Shown here: positions 12,844 to 24,765 of the stretch, one piece after another | How positions within the stretch are numbered: position 1 is the first letter of the stretch | How the letters are laid out: each line of letters starts with the position of its first letter | Assembly (NCBI RefSeq): GCF_006345805.1 | Contig: NC_043001.1 | Location: 88,040,001-88,104,000, forward strand | DNA: 64,000 nt | Source of the DNA: Octopus sinensis | Taxonomy: Eukaryota | Reading direction: 5' to 3' | Notes under the pieces: generated by a model | What the model saw: the letters and a program-made list of their open reading frames with translations, nothing else | Told to the model about the DNA's origin: nothing | The model's database searches: none | Program-made: the position numbers and the translations under genes

Positions 12844-13490
12844 TACATATATATAGCTATTTATTTCTATTAGTTTATTTATCTGTGTATTTATTATGTT
12901 TTCAGGATCCTCTATTGTCATATGTTGTGGTGTGTGTTAGTGCTCCATTCTAGTTTTCTATTCAGGCTAGGTTTATTTTGTATTATGTGTGTAGCTTCTG
13001 TAATTTTTCTAATTGTTGCATCTGATCTATGTGTGGATAATATTTTAATTTCTATGTTATTGATTGATCCCCCGTGTTCCTGTTCAGCGTGTTGGTAAAG
13101 AATCGATGAGCTTTTACCTTCCTTGAGTTGTCTCCAATGCTCATTTACCCGCTCTCCTAAGCTTCTTGCCATTTCCCCTATGTATGTCGTTGTCTTGTTA
13201 CTGCATCGTCCCTCTATACATCTTATACTATAGACTACATTTCTGGCTTTACAGTTTGTTTGTGGGCTAAATCTACATACAGTACAGTACTTATCCGTAC
13301 AGGGGGTTCTACTAAAAGGATAGATTCTACCAATTATAGATTTGATAGGGTTGCCTGGCTTTTCAACAACCTTGATTCTTAGCTTAAGTTTGTCTAGGGT
13401 CCTTCTAAAGCGATACGCCAGTTCACCTCCAGGGGTGGTGTCAATGAACATGACACTCTGGTATACTCGACTGGTTAAGGTCAAACAATT
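12207..13490 (-). mobile_element. 5'-truncated Penelope-like retroelement (endonuclease plus 3' UTR/pseudo-LTR)
   Basis: GIY-YIG ORF followed on the same strand by a terminal repeat with a degenerate hammerhead (12382-12426), ending at (TA)n. Confidence 0.75.
12918..13484 (-). CDS. GIY-YIG endonuclease domain of a Penelope-like element (RT missing; likely a non-expressed fragment)
   Basis: CxxC motifs, NVVYSIRC...YIGEMARSLGERVNEH...LYQH...EATHI...LNRKLE; 188 aa uninterrupted. Confidence 0.85.
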   Translation of the reverse strand: MTLTSRVYQSVMFIDTTPGGELAYRFRRTLDKLKLRIKVVEKPGNPIKSIIGRIYPFSRTPCTDKYCTVCRFSPQTNCKARNVVYSIRCIEGRCSNKTTTYIGEMARSLGERVNEHWRQLKEGKSSSILYQHAEQEHGGSINNIEIKILSTHRSDATIRKITEATHIIQNKPSLNRKLEWSTNTHHNI

Positions 13491-13674
13491 AGCCCCCTCT
13501 GTCTAAATTTCAGAACTTGTGCCTATAACAAAAAGAATTATTATTATTATTATTTTTAAAATAGCTGAAGGATAGTAAGGATTCAAATAAATGGCAGGAA
13601 AAAAAAATGAACAAATTCATCTTACAGATCTCTCTATATGCATGTGTGTGTGTGTATATATATATATCTATATG

Positions 13675-13735
<61 letters not shown>

Positions 13736-14239
13736 TTTGGTGGCTGATGATAAGTGCATCTCTGGTCACAAGGAGAAGTATTTGGGGTGCATCATAGCCA
13801 TGTGTTGAGAGGAATTCTTTAGAGTTTGAATAATTCACCTCTGGAAACATGGGTGTTTTGTTCAACATCCTTAAACAACCTTTATTCTGCTCAGTACCAT
13901 GGATTTGCTTGTCAGTTGCTTGAACTTAACCAGTTGGACATGTCCCTTAGTGGCTGATAATATGTGCATCTCTGATCATGAGTAGAAGTAGATAATACAG
14001 CAAGGTCATGAGCTGTTTATCTTGATATGAGATCACCATGTTGAACACATATGGTTGTGATGCATGTGCTTGGTGTACCCTTAGCAGATGGGTAGTCATG
14101 ATGGATATATTGGGCTTCAGATATTTGTACCCCAGAGTCACTATGATAGCATGCATCACTCCCTCGCTCAATAATAATAATAATGATGATAATAATAATA
14201 ATAATAATAATAATAATATTGATGATGATGATGATGATG

Positions 14240-14291
<52 letters not shown>

Positions 14292-14502
14292 GCAAAATAC
14301 TTTCTATGTAATCTTAAGTTTTAAAACAAACATAATTTTAGTATGGTTTTTTAGACACTCACTAGTACAACACTAAGCACAAAACCAAATATATGGCACC
14401 CTAGGCATAACGCCAACATGAACTTCCAACTTGTTGTCTCTTAAGGTATCTGGGTGAGACTTGGAGCCAACTCATACAAATGTAAAGCAAAAGTCAAACA
14501 TA

Positions 14503-14546
<44 letters not shown>

Positions 14547-14864
14547 GTTTCTAATTCAGGTACAAGACTGCAGTTTTGAGTGGGTGGAATTAGTCAATAG
14601 AAACAGCCACAATATTTGATTGGTTATTTATCAACCCCAAAAAGAAGCAAGACTTGGCGAGATTTGAACTCTGAATAAAGCCAAACAAATTCTGCAAATA
14701 AGTTTTTCTGACAATTTTGTCAATCCACTTATAATTATATCTAATTCTCATATAGTCAGAAAATCATCAATTTTTGAGGGGAAAGGTAGCAATATCATTG
14801 AAGATATTATTTTATTGACCCCAGTCAATAATGAATGAAAGGATGGTGGTGAGCTGGTAGAAAT

Positions 14865-15050
14865 ATTAGCATGCAGGGTGAAATGCTTAGTGGCATTTCG
14901 TCTGTCTTTACATTCTGAGTTCAAATTCTGCCGAGGTTCATTTTGCCTTTCATCCTTTTGGAGTTGGTAAATTAAGTACCAGTTGCATACTAGGGTCAAT
15001 TTAATCAACTGGCCCCCTCCCCCAAAAGTTTGGTTCTTGTGCTTAGAGTA
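14865..15050 (+). mobile_element. tRNA-derived SINE, family B
   Basis: gagctggtagaa...ttctgagttcaaattctgccgagg...gcctttcatccttt...aagtaccagt; other copies at ~19485-19712(-), 22022-22390(+), 36845-37070(-), 37277-37510(+) and 42254-42485(+). Confidence 0.8.
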
Positions 15051-15553
15051 GAAAACAAAATTAAAAAATAAAGGATGAATGGTAACGTATAGGTTAGATA
15101 TGAACCCAGAACATAAAAAACTGGAAGAAATATCAGAAGATATTTTATCTGACATTATAAAACCTCTGTTTATCCACCACCATTAGTAATAAAGTTAATG
15201 CACAAAAATAAAAATAACAGACTCAATCCAGGAGGTAGAGTAGTTCACCATTTAGCATTTAAAATGGCTATATCCAGCCAAAATATTCTATCTGTTTTAT
15301 GTTCAAACTGGCCAGATCTGGACTCTCACACATATTCAATAATGCTGTTCTAAACAATAACATCATTGAACTCATGAAGTTAGAAGATAATGCATGATTA
15401 ATTCAAAACAATTTGACTGAATAAACATTAATATTTGACAGATTAATCTTTATGCTAAAGGGTTATACAAAAACTGAAAAAATTCTTAATTAACAATCCT
15501 ATATAGTTTCATCTGTTAAAAATTGTAGTCCTGAATTTAGACAGCCCATGAAA

Positions 15554-15624
<71 letters not shown>

Positions 15625-15679
15625 ATGTGTGTGTTTGTGTGTGTGTGTATACATGCGTACATATATGTATACATATAGG

Positions 15680-15721
<42 letters not shown>

Positions 15722-15999
15722 TATAATATAATATAACTAATATATATATACCTATATATGTATATGCATATATGGGTACAGGACGTCACCGACAGTAAAC
15801 AACACGGAATACAAAAACAAATGAGTTAAATATGCAAATAATGAGAGATAAAGAAAAGGACAAGTAATACAAAGAATGACCTTTCATCAGTTTTCAGCTG
15901 TCTATCTACTCCCCTATCTATATATCTATGTATGTGTGTGTGTGTGCGTGCGTGTGTGCGTGCGTATGTGTAATTACATACATACATGCTTATGCAGTG

Positions 16000-16389
16000 T
16001 TGTTTACTCTTTTACCCTTTTACTTGTTTCAGTAATTTGACTGCGACCATGCTGGAGCACCGCCTTTAGTCGAGCAAATCGACCCCAGAACTTTTTCTTT
16101 GTAAGCCTTGTACTTATTCCATCGGTCTTTTTTTGCCAAACCGCTAGGTTATGGGGGCGTAAACACACCAACATCAGTTGTCAAGCGATGTTGTGAGGAC
16201 AAACACAGACACACACAGACACACACACACATACATATATATATACATATATACGATGGGCTTCTTTCAGTTTCTGTCTACCAAATCCACTCACAAGGCC
16301 TTGGTCAGCCCGAGGCTATAGTAGAAGACACTTGCCCAAGGTGCCACACAGTGGGACTGAACCTGGAACCATGTGTAGCTTTATATATA

Positions 16390-16440
<51 letters not shown>

Positions 16441-16563
16441 CATTATTATTTTTAAAATAGCTGAAGGATAGTAAGGATTCAAATAAATGGCAGGAAAAAA
16501 AAAATGAACGAATTCATCTTACAGCTCTCTCTATATGCGCGTGTATATATATATTTATATGTA

Positions 16564-16655
<92 letters not shown>

Positions 16656-16658
16656 ATA

Positions 16659-16727
<69 letters not shown>

Positions 16728-16757
16728 CTACTTGCCACACAGTCACTCCTACGCCTA
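16000..16757 (-). mobile_element. SINE family A interrupted by a ~345-bp insertion
   Basis: Body 16000-16376 stops at ggaaccatgtg and resumes at ~16724 with aagctacttgccacacagtcactcc. Confidence 0.75.
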
Positions 16758-17146
16758 TGTTTAGCACACAAACCACTCCTGCACCTACAATGTCTGTTAA
16801 TGCTCTGAAGAAGAAGTACTCAATATAAATGTTGTGTGCAGTAGTTTCACTTGGTGCAGTGACCTATTATGCAAGGATTTCAGACAAGCCAGCCAGGGAA
16901 AAAATATAAAAGAGTTATGTTCATTATTAATAATTCATATGTCTCATTTGCCTCTATGTAATTTAGACAGGTTAGAGATATTCCTTGGCAGGGGGTACTT
17001 TGTGAACTGACTTGTACTTGGCATCATGCAAATTTAGTTTTCTGAGTGAGTTATGCAAATAAAAATAGGTTTAGTCAGACAACTTAGTTGGTGTTATATT
17101 CCAAATTATAGTGGGTTTTTTTTCTTGTTTTGGGTTTCTTTTTTAG

Positions 17147-17193
17147 AATTTACTGTAAGATTCATCCTCGGGATTTGGAAGCTTGCAGAAGTG
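17147..17193 (+). CDS. Candidate 47-bp internal exon of an unidentified gene
   Basis: Long T-rich tract ending ttttag, open frames (e.g. IYCKIHPRDLEACRS), then gtaaag donor; not part of any repeat I recognise. Confidence 0.3.
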
Positions 17194-17482
17194 GTAAAGA
17201 TGTGAATAAAATTAATTATTTGGATGTTTCAGTTAAGATAATTTATAAATCATGGTAACTAAAGTTTTATAGGACAAGCAAATTTAATTTCAAGGTTGTA
17301 GCTCTGCCTTCTGCAGACTGCTGCCCACCAAGTTATGATAGAGTGTATTTTCAGGGGAGGCTATAAGATATAAAAAGATAGTGAGATGTGATTTATTGAT
17401 AGATGTTACTAATAATCTGGTAAAACAAATGGTTAGGTAAGGATATAATGCAAAATGGTTAATTAAACAAGTTAATTGTAGT

Positions 17483-17890
17483 CTGGCTGTGTGGTAAGTA
17501 ACATGCTTACCAACCACATGGTTCAGGGTTCAGTCCCACTGTGTGGTACCTTGGGCAAGTATCTTCTACTATAGCCTCAGACCAGCCAAAGCCTTGTGAG
17601 TGGATTTGGTAGACGGAAACCGTTGAGAAGCTCGTCGTGTATTTGTATATATATATATATGTGCGTGTGTGTGTGTGTGTATATGTTTGTGTGTCTGTGT
17701 TTATCCCCTCAACATCGCTTGACAACCGATGCTGGTGTGTTTACGTCCCCGTAACTTAGCGGTTCAGCTAAAAGAGACTGATAGAATAAGTACTAGGCTT
17801 ACAAAGAATAAGTCCTGGGGTCGATTTGCTCGACTAAAGGCAGTGCTCCAGCATGGCCGCAGTCAAATGACTGAAACAAGTAAACGAGTA
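17483..17890 (+). mobile_element. SINE family A (near full length)
   Basis: Matches the family A consensus along its length. Confidence 0.88.
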
Positions 17891-19224
17891 AATAATATAT
17901 TTTCAAATTACTTCAAGCTTATGATTATGTTGTAACTTAGGAGTTTAAAATTAATATCAAATATAGCTAACAGTGGTAGAGAGTTTTGTTAAAGGGGATT
18001 GGTGAGTTAATGAATACATGCTTGTATCATGTTTAAAACTTTCTCTTTGATCTTTCTTCTTTGACTTTCCTTTCATTATCTAATGATGATCACTTCTGCT
18101 GTGGAGCTTTATCTATCTCTACAAGTTCCTGTTCAGCTGATAGTTGTTCTTTTCATGGAAAACTTTAGCAATCTGAATAACCCTCTCATAACATGGTCTA
18201 TGACTGAGCATTGACCATCTTTTCTTCTTTTCATTAGTGTCTTCTTTTTTGAAGTACGCTTCTGATGATTTTAATTTGATTTAAACTTTTTTTTTATTTT
18301 TTCATACATTTATTCTTAGTTTATTTATTAACATTAAATTTCTATGGGTTGATTTATTGGTAATTGTTTATTTATATATGGTGTATGTATGTACTAAGTT
18401 TTTATTAATTAACTATATATAGCCCATTCCAAGTAGTTTTGTGATCTTGTAGCATTCTTTATATCCCTGGATTATCCCAAGCCTTGTGAGTGGATTTGAT
18501 AGATGTAAACTAATAGAAGTCTCTCATGTGTATATATGTGCATGCATGCATGCGTGCGTGTGTGTGTGTGTGTGTGTGTGTATGTTACATGGTAGTTGTG
18601 AGCAAATGTCACCATCATTTCAGTTTTCCGTGGAAAACATATCTAGTCATATTATACATATTATACACACATACATCGCTTCTTTCTTCCAAGGAATCTA
18701 ATGCTCTTAGCTTAGTTTTTGCATGGAGCTGGCCAGATTGGAGCAATCTCAAGAATAATTAGTCAAAATTGCAAGGATAATCTGGTACTTGACTGAGAAA
18801 AGAAAACTTCGAATGACCCGTCCTTGTTCTCTTTGTATTGTCTATCTGGATGTTTTGTTGTCCCTTTTTGTATCACCTAGCTGTCCAGATGTTTTGCATT
18901 CTTGTCCCATTTTGTGTTTATATATATATATATAGCAGTGTACGTACACTTCGGTCTCTTATATGTAAATATAAATGTGTGTTTGTCTGCTTGTATTTGT
19001 GCTTGTATTTATTTCTCACCACTTGATAACTCCTTCCAGTTTATGCCCCTATGACTTAGCAGTTAAGCAAAAAGACACTAACAAGATAAGTATTGAGTTT
19101 TATTTGAATGATTGAATTACTTCAAAGCAGTGCTCCAACTCTCCAACATTCCAGAATGGTTGCCAGACAATAAGTGAAACCTGTAATAGAAAGTCAAAGA
19201 AAAACAAATATATACATGCACACA

Positions 19225-19420
19225 CTCGTACATGGTAATTGCTCCATCTTCACCAATGACTTCCACCTCTCTGAGCTTCCTTGTTGTCAATGGCATCTCT
19301 GACCATCTCTAAATGGTTTCTCACATGATTCTTCAATTCCACTGCAGAACTGAAATGCTTGGATTGAAGTACAAATGGCAGACGAAAGTCATAATATCCA
19401 CTAAATGCTTAGGTAAGGTT
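19225..19420 (-). pseudogene. Mariner transposase C-terminal remnant
   Basis: Reverse strand resembles the PSDY...F...LKNHV...GI.KL..RW..V...G.Y segment of mariner transposases; heavily degenerate. Confidence 0.45.
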
Positions 19421-20294
19421 TATAATACAGAATGATTAATTAAACAAGTTAACTATAGCCTAGATTTACACAATAATATATATTTTTTTACTACCCACAA
19501 GGGGCTAAACACAGAGGGGACAAACAAGGACAGACAAACAGATTAAGTCGATTACATTGACTCCAGTGTGTAACTGGTACTTAATTTATCAATCCCGAAA
19601 GGATGAAAGGCTAAGTCGACCTCGGCCTAATTTGAACTCAGAACATAACGGCAGACGAAATACGGCTACGCATTTCGCCCGGCATGCTAATGTTTCTGCC
19701 AGCTCGCCACCTTTATTTACACAATAATATATTTTGAAATTATTTCAAGCTTACAATAAAGATTACTTTGCGAAATATGATTTCTGTGGGTCACCATAAT
19801 AAAATCAACTTACAGAATTGTCTTGCAAGTTGATTTTGGGTTTCTTCATTCATAATCAATTTGCAAGCTCTTTCACACACTAAAAATATACATAAACATA
19901 TACATAAATGTATGCATACATGTATACATATATTCATGCCTAATCTAAGATGGCAAGATATGTGACGTAGTTCTGTACTCAAGAAGACCCACCCACCACA
20001 ACAGAATTGATATCCTAAAACCAAGGTGCCATGTAAAAAGCATTGGTGTGGTTGCTGGTGCCACATAAAAAGCATTGGTGCTGGTGCCACATAAAAAGCA
20101 CTGGTGATGGTGCCACATAGAAAGCACCCAGTACATTCTATAAAGTCATTGACAATAGGAAGGGTATCCAGCTGTAGATGATAAGCTAAAACAAACTAAG
20201 GAACCTGGTGCAGCCCCTGGCCTTGCCAGTTCCTATCAAGCAATCCAATCCATATCAGCATGGAAAACTGATGTTAAATATTGCTGTTGATGAT

Positions 20295-20670
20295 TGTTTG
20301 TTTGTTGAGCGAACGGTCTTTGTCCCAGAGCTCGCAAGATGGGAGAAGTCTGCAACATGGTCCTTTGCTATTCGTAAGACCCACAGAAGAGAAAGCAGGT
20401 CAACCCCCGACACCGAAAGCATCAACGGATGGATGAATGTGCATCCAGGCTCAGCGGTTGCGTAGGAAGTTGGGGACAAGAAACAGGAAGAAAGAGTGAA
20501 AGCTGGAATGAAAGAGTACAACAGGGGTCGTCATCACCCCCTGCCGGAGCCTCATGGAGCTTTAGATGTTTTCACTCAATAAACACACACAACTACCAGT
20601 CTGGGAATCGAAACCGCAATCCTCCGACCATGAGTCCACTGCCCTAACCATTGGGCCATTGCGCCTCCAC
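20295..20670 (-). mobile_element. SINE family C with body type 2 (mirror ~63600-63975)
   Basis: 13-bp TSD tgctgttgatgat at 20282-20294 and 20671-20683. Confidence 0.88.
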
Positions 20671-21181
20671 TGCTGTTGATGATGATCATGATGACAATGA
20701 TGAATCAGAAGATTGCAGCTTTAAACTGTCAAAGATACAGTCAAAATATGTGAAACATTCATGACATGGAGTTCAGCCTGTAATAAAATCCACAAATGCA
20801 ATACCATCCATGCCAGTACTCATGTATACAAGAGTATGTACATACATGTGTTCATGTATTTGTATGCATACTTATTTATATGCATGCATGTATACAGATA
20901 TAAATTCATTTATACATACATGCATATATACATATATTAGCAGCTAAGCCCGGTTTCACCTGATCGGTTTGGATGATGTGACTGTAAAAACCTGCTCTGT
21001 GTAAGCATTTGACTTGTTTGGGCATGCTTACGTTAAAAACAATTTTAGAATGACTTTTCTTTTTCTGTCAAAACGCTAAAAATAACTGATCAACAAAAAG
21101 AAAACCAAGATTCAACCAAATCAAAAAATAAACCCAAATACTAAGCGAACAAAGATGAACCATCCCACTTCCATTGCGCAT

Positions 21182-21229
<48 letters not shown>

Positions 21230-21479
21230 TTTCACATACCCCCCTTTTACATACACACACATAACATATATTCACACAGAGTTGAAATGCTGTTTGATTT
21301 ATTTTGTCAGTATACAATTTTCATCATCCTACTACCAAGTATGACATCACACCTTCCTTCCTTATTCATCTGTCACCTCTTCCTTTCTCATTCATAAACA
21401 CAAGAGTATTATTATAATAGATTATCTCAGTAACCATGGGAGCTATGAAAAAATACAAAGCCCAGCATCACTTATATAT

Positions 21480-21960
21480 CATTTATACATACATGCAGCC
21501 ATACATACTGTCATACATACATTTAAACTTCATTCATACATCCATTCAGTTATACATACATACATACATACATACATACATAAATACATAAATATATGCA
21601 TGCATATATACATTCATACATATACTCAGCTATATATACATACATGCATGCATACATACATACATACATACATACATTCATGCATACATTCTGTTATACA
21701 TACATACATGCATTCATACATTGTTATATGCATGCATATACTTAAACATATATTCATACATTCATACATACATTCATTCAAGCATTCATATATATATACA
21801 TACATACATACATGCATACATACATACATGCATACACACATACGTACATGAAAGCATACATGTATTCAGTCATACATCCTTTCACAGATACATACATTTA
21901 TATATACAATCATACATGCATTTATTCATACATACATACATACATTATTACATATGTACA
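21480..21960. repeat. Degenerate (ATAC/ATTC/ATGC)n tetranucleotide satellite (mirror ~62310-62790)
   Basis: Directly visible. Confidence 0.9.
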
Positions 21961-22639
21961 GTATCCAATGCCTCTTTTTACAGTGCAGACATTGTTGTAT
22001 TATTAAAAAGCACACTTTGCAAGGTGCGAGCTGGTAGAAACGTTAGCACGCCGGGCGAAATGTGTAGCCATATTTCGTCTGCTGTTATGTTCTGAGTTCA
22101 AATTCCGCCAAGGTCAACTTTGCCTTTCATTCTTTCGGGGTCGATAAATTAAGTACCAGTCATGCACTGGGGTCGATGTAATCAACTTAATCCATTTGTC
22201 TGTCCTTGTTTGTCCCCTCTGTGTTTAGCCCCTTGTGGGTAGAAAAGAAATAGGTATTTCATCTGTTGCTACGTTCTGTGTTCAAATTCTGCCACGGTCA
22301 ACTTTTCCTTTCATCCTTTCGGGGTTGATAAATTAAGTACCAGTTGCATACTGGGGTCGTTCTAACTGACTTGTGCCTAGGGCCTTGTGCCTAGAGTAAA
22401 AAAAAAAAGCTCATTTTGCAACCACATCTTATGATTCAGACCCACTGCATGATACCTTAGGCAAGTTTCTTTTACTATAGGTCTAGGTAAACCAATGCTT
22501 TGTGAGTGAATTTGATAAAGAGAAACTAGGTGGAAGCCCATTGTACATATGTGTGTGTGTGTGTGTGTGCATGTGTATGTGTGTGTGTGTGCATGCGTGT
22601 ATGTGTGTGTGTCTTTGTGTTTGTAACCCTCATTGTGGT

Positions 22640-23025
22640 GGAAGCACTCCGTCGATTACGACGATGAGGGTTCTGGTTGATCTGAATCAACAGAACAGCC
22701 TGCTCATGAAATTAACGTGTAAGTGGCTGAGCACTCCACAGACACGTGCACCCTTAACGTAGTTCTCAGGGATATTCAGCGTGACACAGAGAGTGACAAG
22801 GCCGGCCCCTTGAAATACAGGTACAACAGAAACAGGAAGTAAGAGTGAGAGAAAGTTGTGATGAAAGAGTACAGCAGGGATCACCACCATCCCCTGCCGG
22901 AGCCTCGTGGAGCTTTTAGGTGTTTTTCGCTCAATAAACACTCACAACGCCCGGTCTGGGAATCGAAACCGCGATCCTATGACCGCGAGTCTGCTGCCCT
23001 AACCACTGGGCCATTGCGCCTCCAC
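22640..23025 (-). mobile_element. SINE family C with body type 3 (mirror ~61250-61635)
   Basis: Family C head plus gtacctgtatttcaa...gtgtctgtggagtgctcagccactt body. Confidence 0.85.
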
Positions 23026-23329
23026 GGTAACCCTCATTACCACTTGACAACTGTTGTTGGTGTGTTTATGCTCCCATAATTTAGCAGTTCAGCACCAGGC
23101 TTAAAAGAAAATAAGCAGTGAAGGTGACTTGTTTGACTTCACCCTTCAAAGATTAGCATAGCCACAGTCCAATGATTGAAAGAAATAAAAGAAAAAATAA
23201 AGCTGAGTTGAGGGCATATTGACTGCTATTTCTTGATGACTGAGCAACCAAGCAGAGGTTTCCTCACTAACATATACTTGCTTCATAACACTGGTAGCTT
23301 TAGTCTGTGAGACTATCTCGAAATCTGTA

Positions 23330-23585
23330 CGCCATTATCACTACCATCATCAAAACTACCACCACCATCATTGTTATTATCACCACCATCACCACCACCA
23401 CCATCATTACCCCCACTACCACCACCACCACCACAACCACCAGCATCATCACCTCCGCTGCTGCTGCTGCCAGCACCAGCACCACCACTACCACTACCAT
23501 TACTATCATCACCACCGCCATCACCATCATCACCACTATCATCACCAACTCTGCCACCACCACCACCACCACCTCTACCATCGCC
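23330..23585. repeat. Degenerate (CAC/CAT)n trinucleotide tract (mirror ~60690-60945)
   Basis: Directly visible; source of the poly-T/P/G/V ORFs. Confidence 0.9.
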
Positions 23586-23719
23586 TAACTGAAAGCTAAT
23601 GCAAACAATTGATTGCTGTAAATGGGTTTTAAGCAACATTTTCGTGATTAATAAAACTAACTTCTACCTTGGGGAGTCTTCATTATTGTCATTGAACAGC
23701 ATCATAGTATATTAATGAT

Positions 23720-24120
23720 TCACTGTCTCCCTCTCTTTCTCCTCTCTCTTTCTCTCTATCGTTTTCTCTCTTTCTGTCTTTTCCTCCCATCTTTATTTTG
23801 ACCCCTCTCTCTCTCTCCTCTCCTCTCTCTCTCTTTTTCTCTTTGTTTCTCTGCATTTCTTTCTCATTTTCTCCTCTCATCCCCGACTCCTCTTTCTCAC
23901 TCACTCTCTTCTCCAATCCCCTCTCATCTCTCTCATCCTCTCTCTTCTCTCTCACCCCTCTCTTTTCTATCACTCCCTCTCCTCACTCTCTCTCACCCTC
24001 CCCTCCTTCTCACCCCCTCTCCTTTCTCTCACCCTCTCTTGTCCTCTTTTGTCTTTCACCTTTTCTCTCCTGCTCTCACCCCCTCTTCCTTTCTCCCCAC
24101 CTCTCTCTCTCTCTCGCTTT
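23720..24120. repeat. ~400-bp polypyrimidine/polypurine low-complexity tract (mirror ~60155-60550)
   Basis: Almost exclusively C/T on the plus strand. Confidence 0.92.
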
Positions 24121-24765
24121 TCCAGATATTTCTTTGTCAATGCTGTTATTATTTTTACTGTTGTTTTGGAACTAATATTGCTCTTCTTGTTAGTATTGTT
24201 TAGCCCCAAGATCAGTCTTCATCCAACAGACCTTTGACTGGAGATGATTGTAATTTTTAAACAGTCACACTGCAGCTAAGAGTACATTACCTAATGTGTG
24301 GTGCAGGTGACTGATCCTCTGTTGGTTTTAATGTTACATATTCAACTGTCCAACTGACCTACCAACTTGTTAAACTAATCAGCTGACCTACTTACAAGTT
24401 AAACTAATCAATTAACCTACCTACTCAGCAAATTAATGTATAAGTGGCTGAAAATTCCACAGTGTGTATATTTAACATAATTCCAGATTGAATCAGTATG
24501 TCACAATGTGGGACCATACTGGATTACAGAATTCCCAGTTCAATCCACCATAATTCCCTTCTACCCAATTTAATTCACAAGCTTAAGTTGACCCAAGGCC
24601 AGTTTGCTGTTTGGATGCTTAACAATTTGGCACAGCTGACTGGACGTTCAATCTGTTGACAGTACATGGAGGCAAATATACACATTTTTGCTCAGACTCA
24701 TCCACATACAGATAGAAAGTGTGAGAGAGAGATAGCGAGGAAGAGAGAGACATTATACATACATA

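Noticed and set aside
15860-15900. Minus-strand ctgatga-aagg motif resembling a hammerhead start
   Set aside because: No matching stem II partner, GAAA or cleavage triplet follows
23300-23639. Poly-Thr, Pro, Gly and Val ORFs resembling mucin, extensin or glycine-rich proteins
   Set aside because: All frames are open because of a degenerate (CAC/CAT)n tract; no splice signals or unique domain
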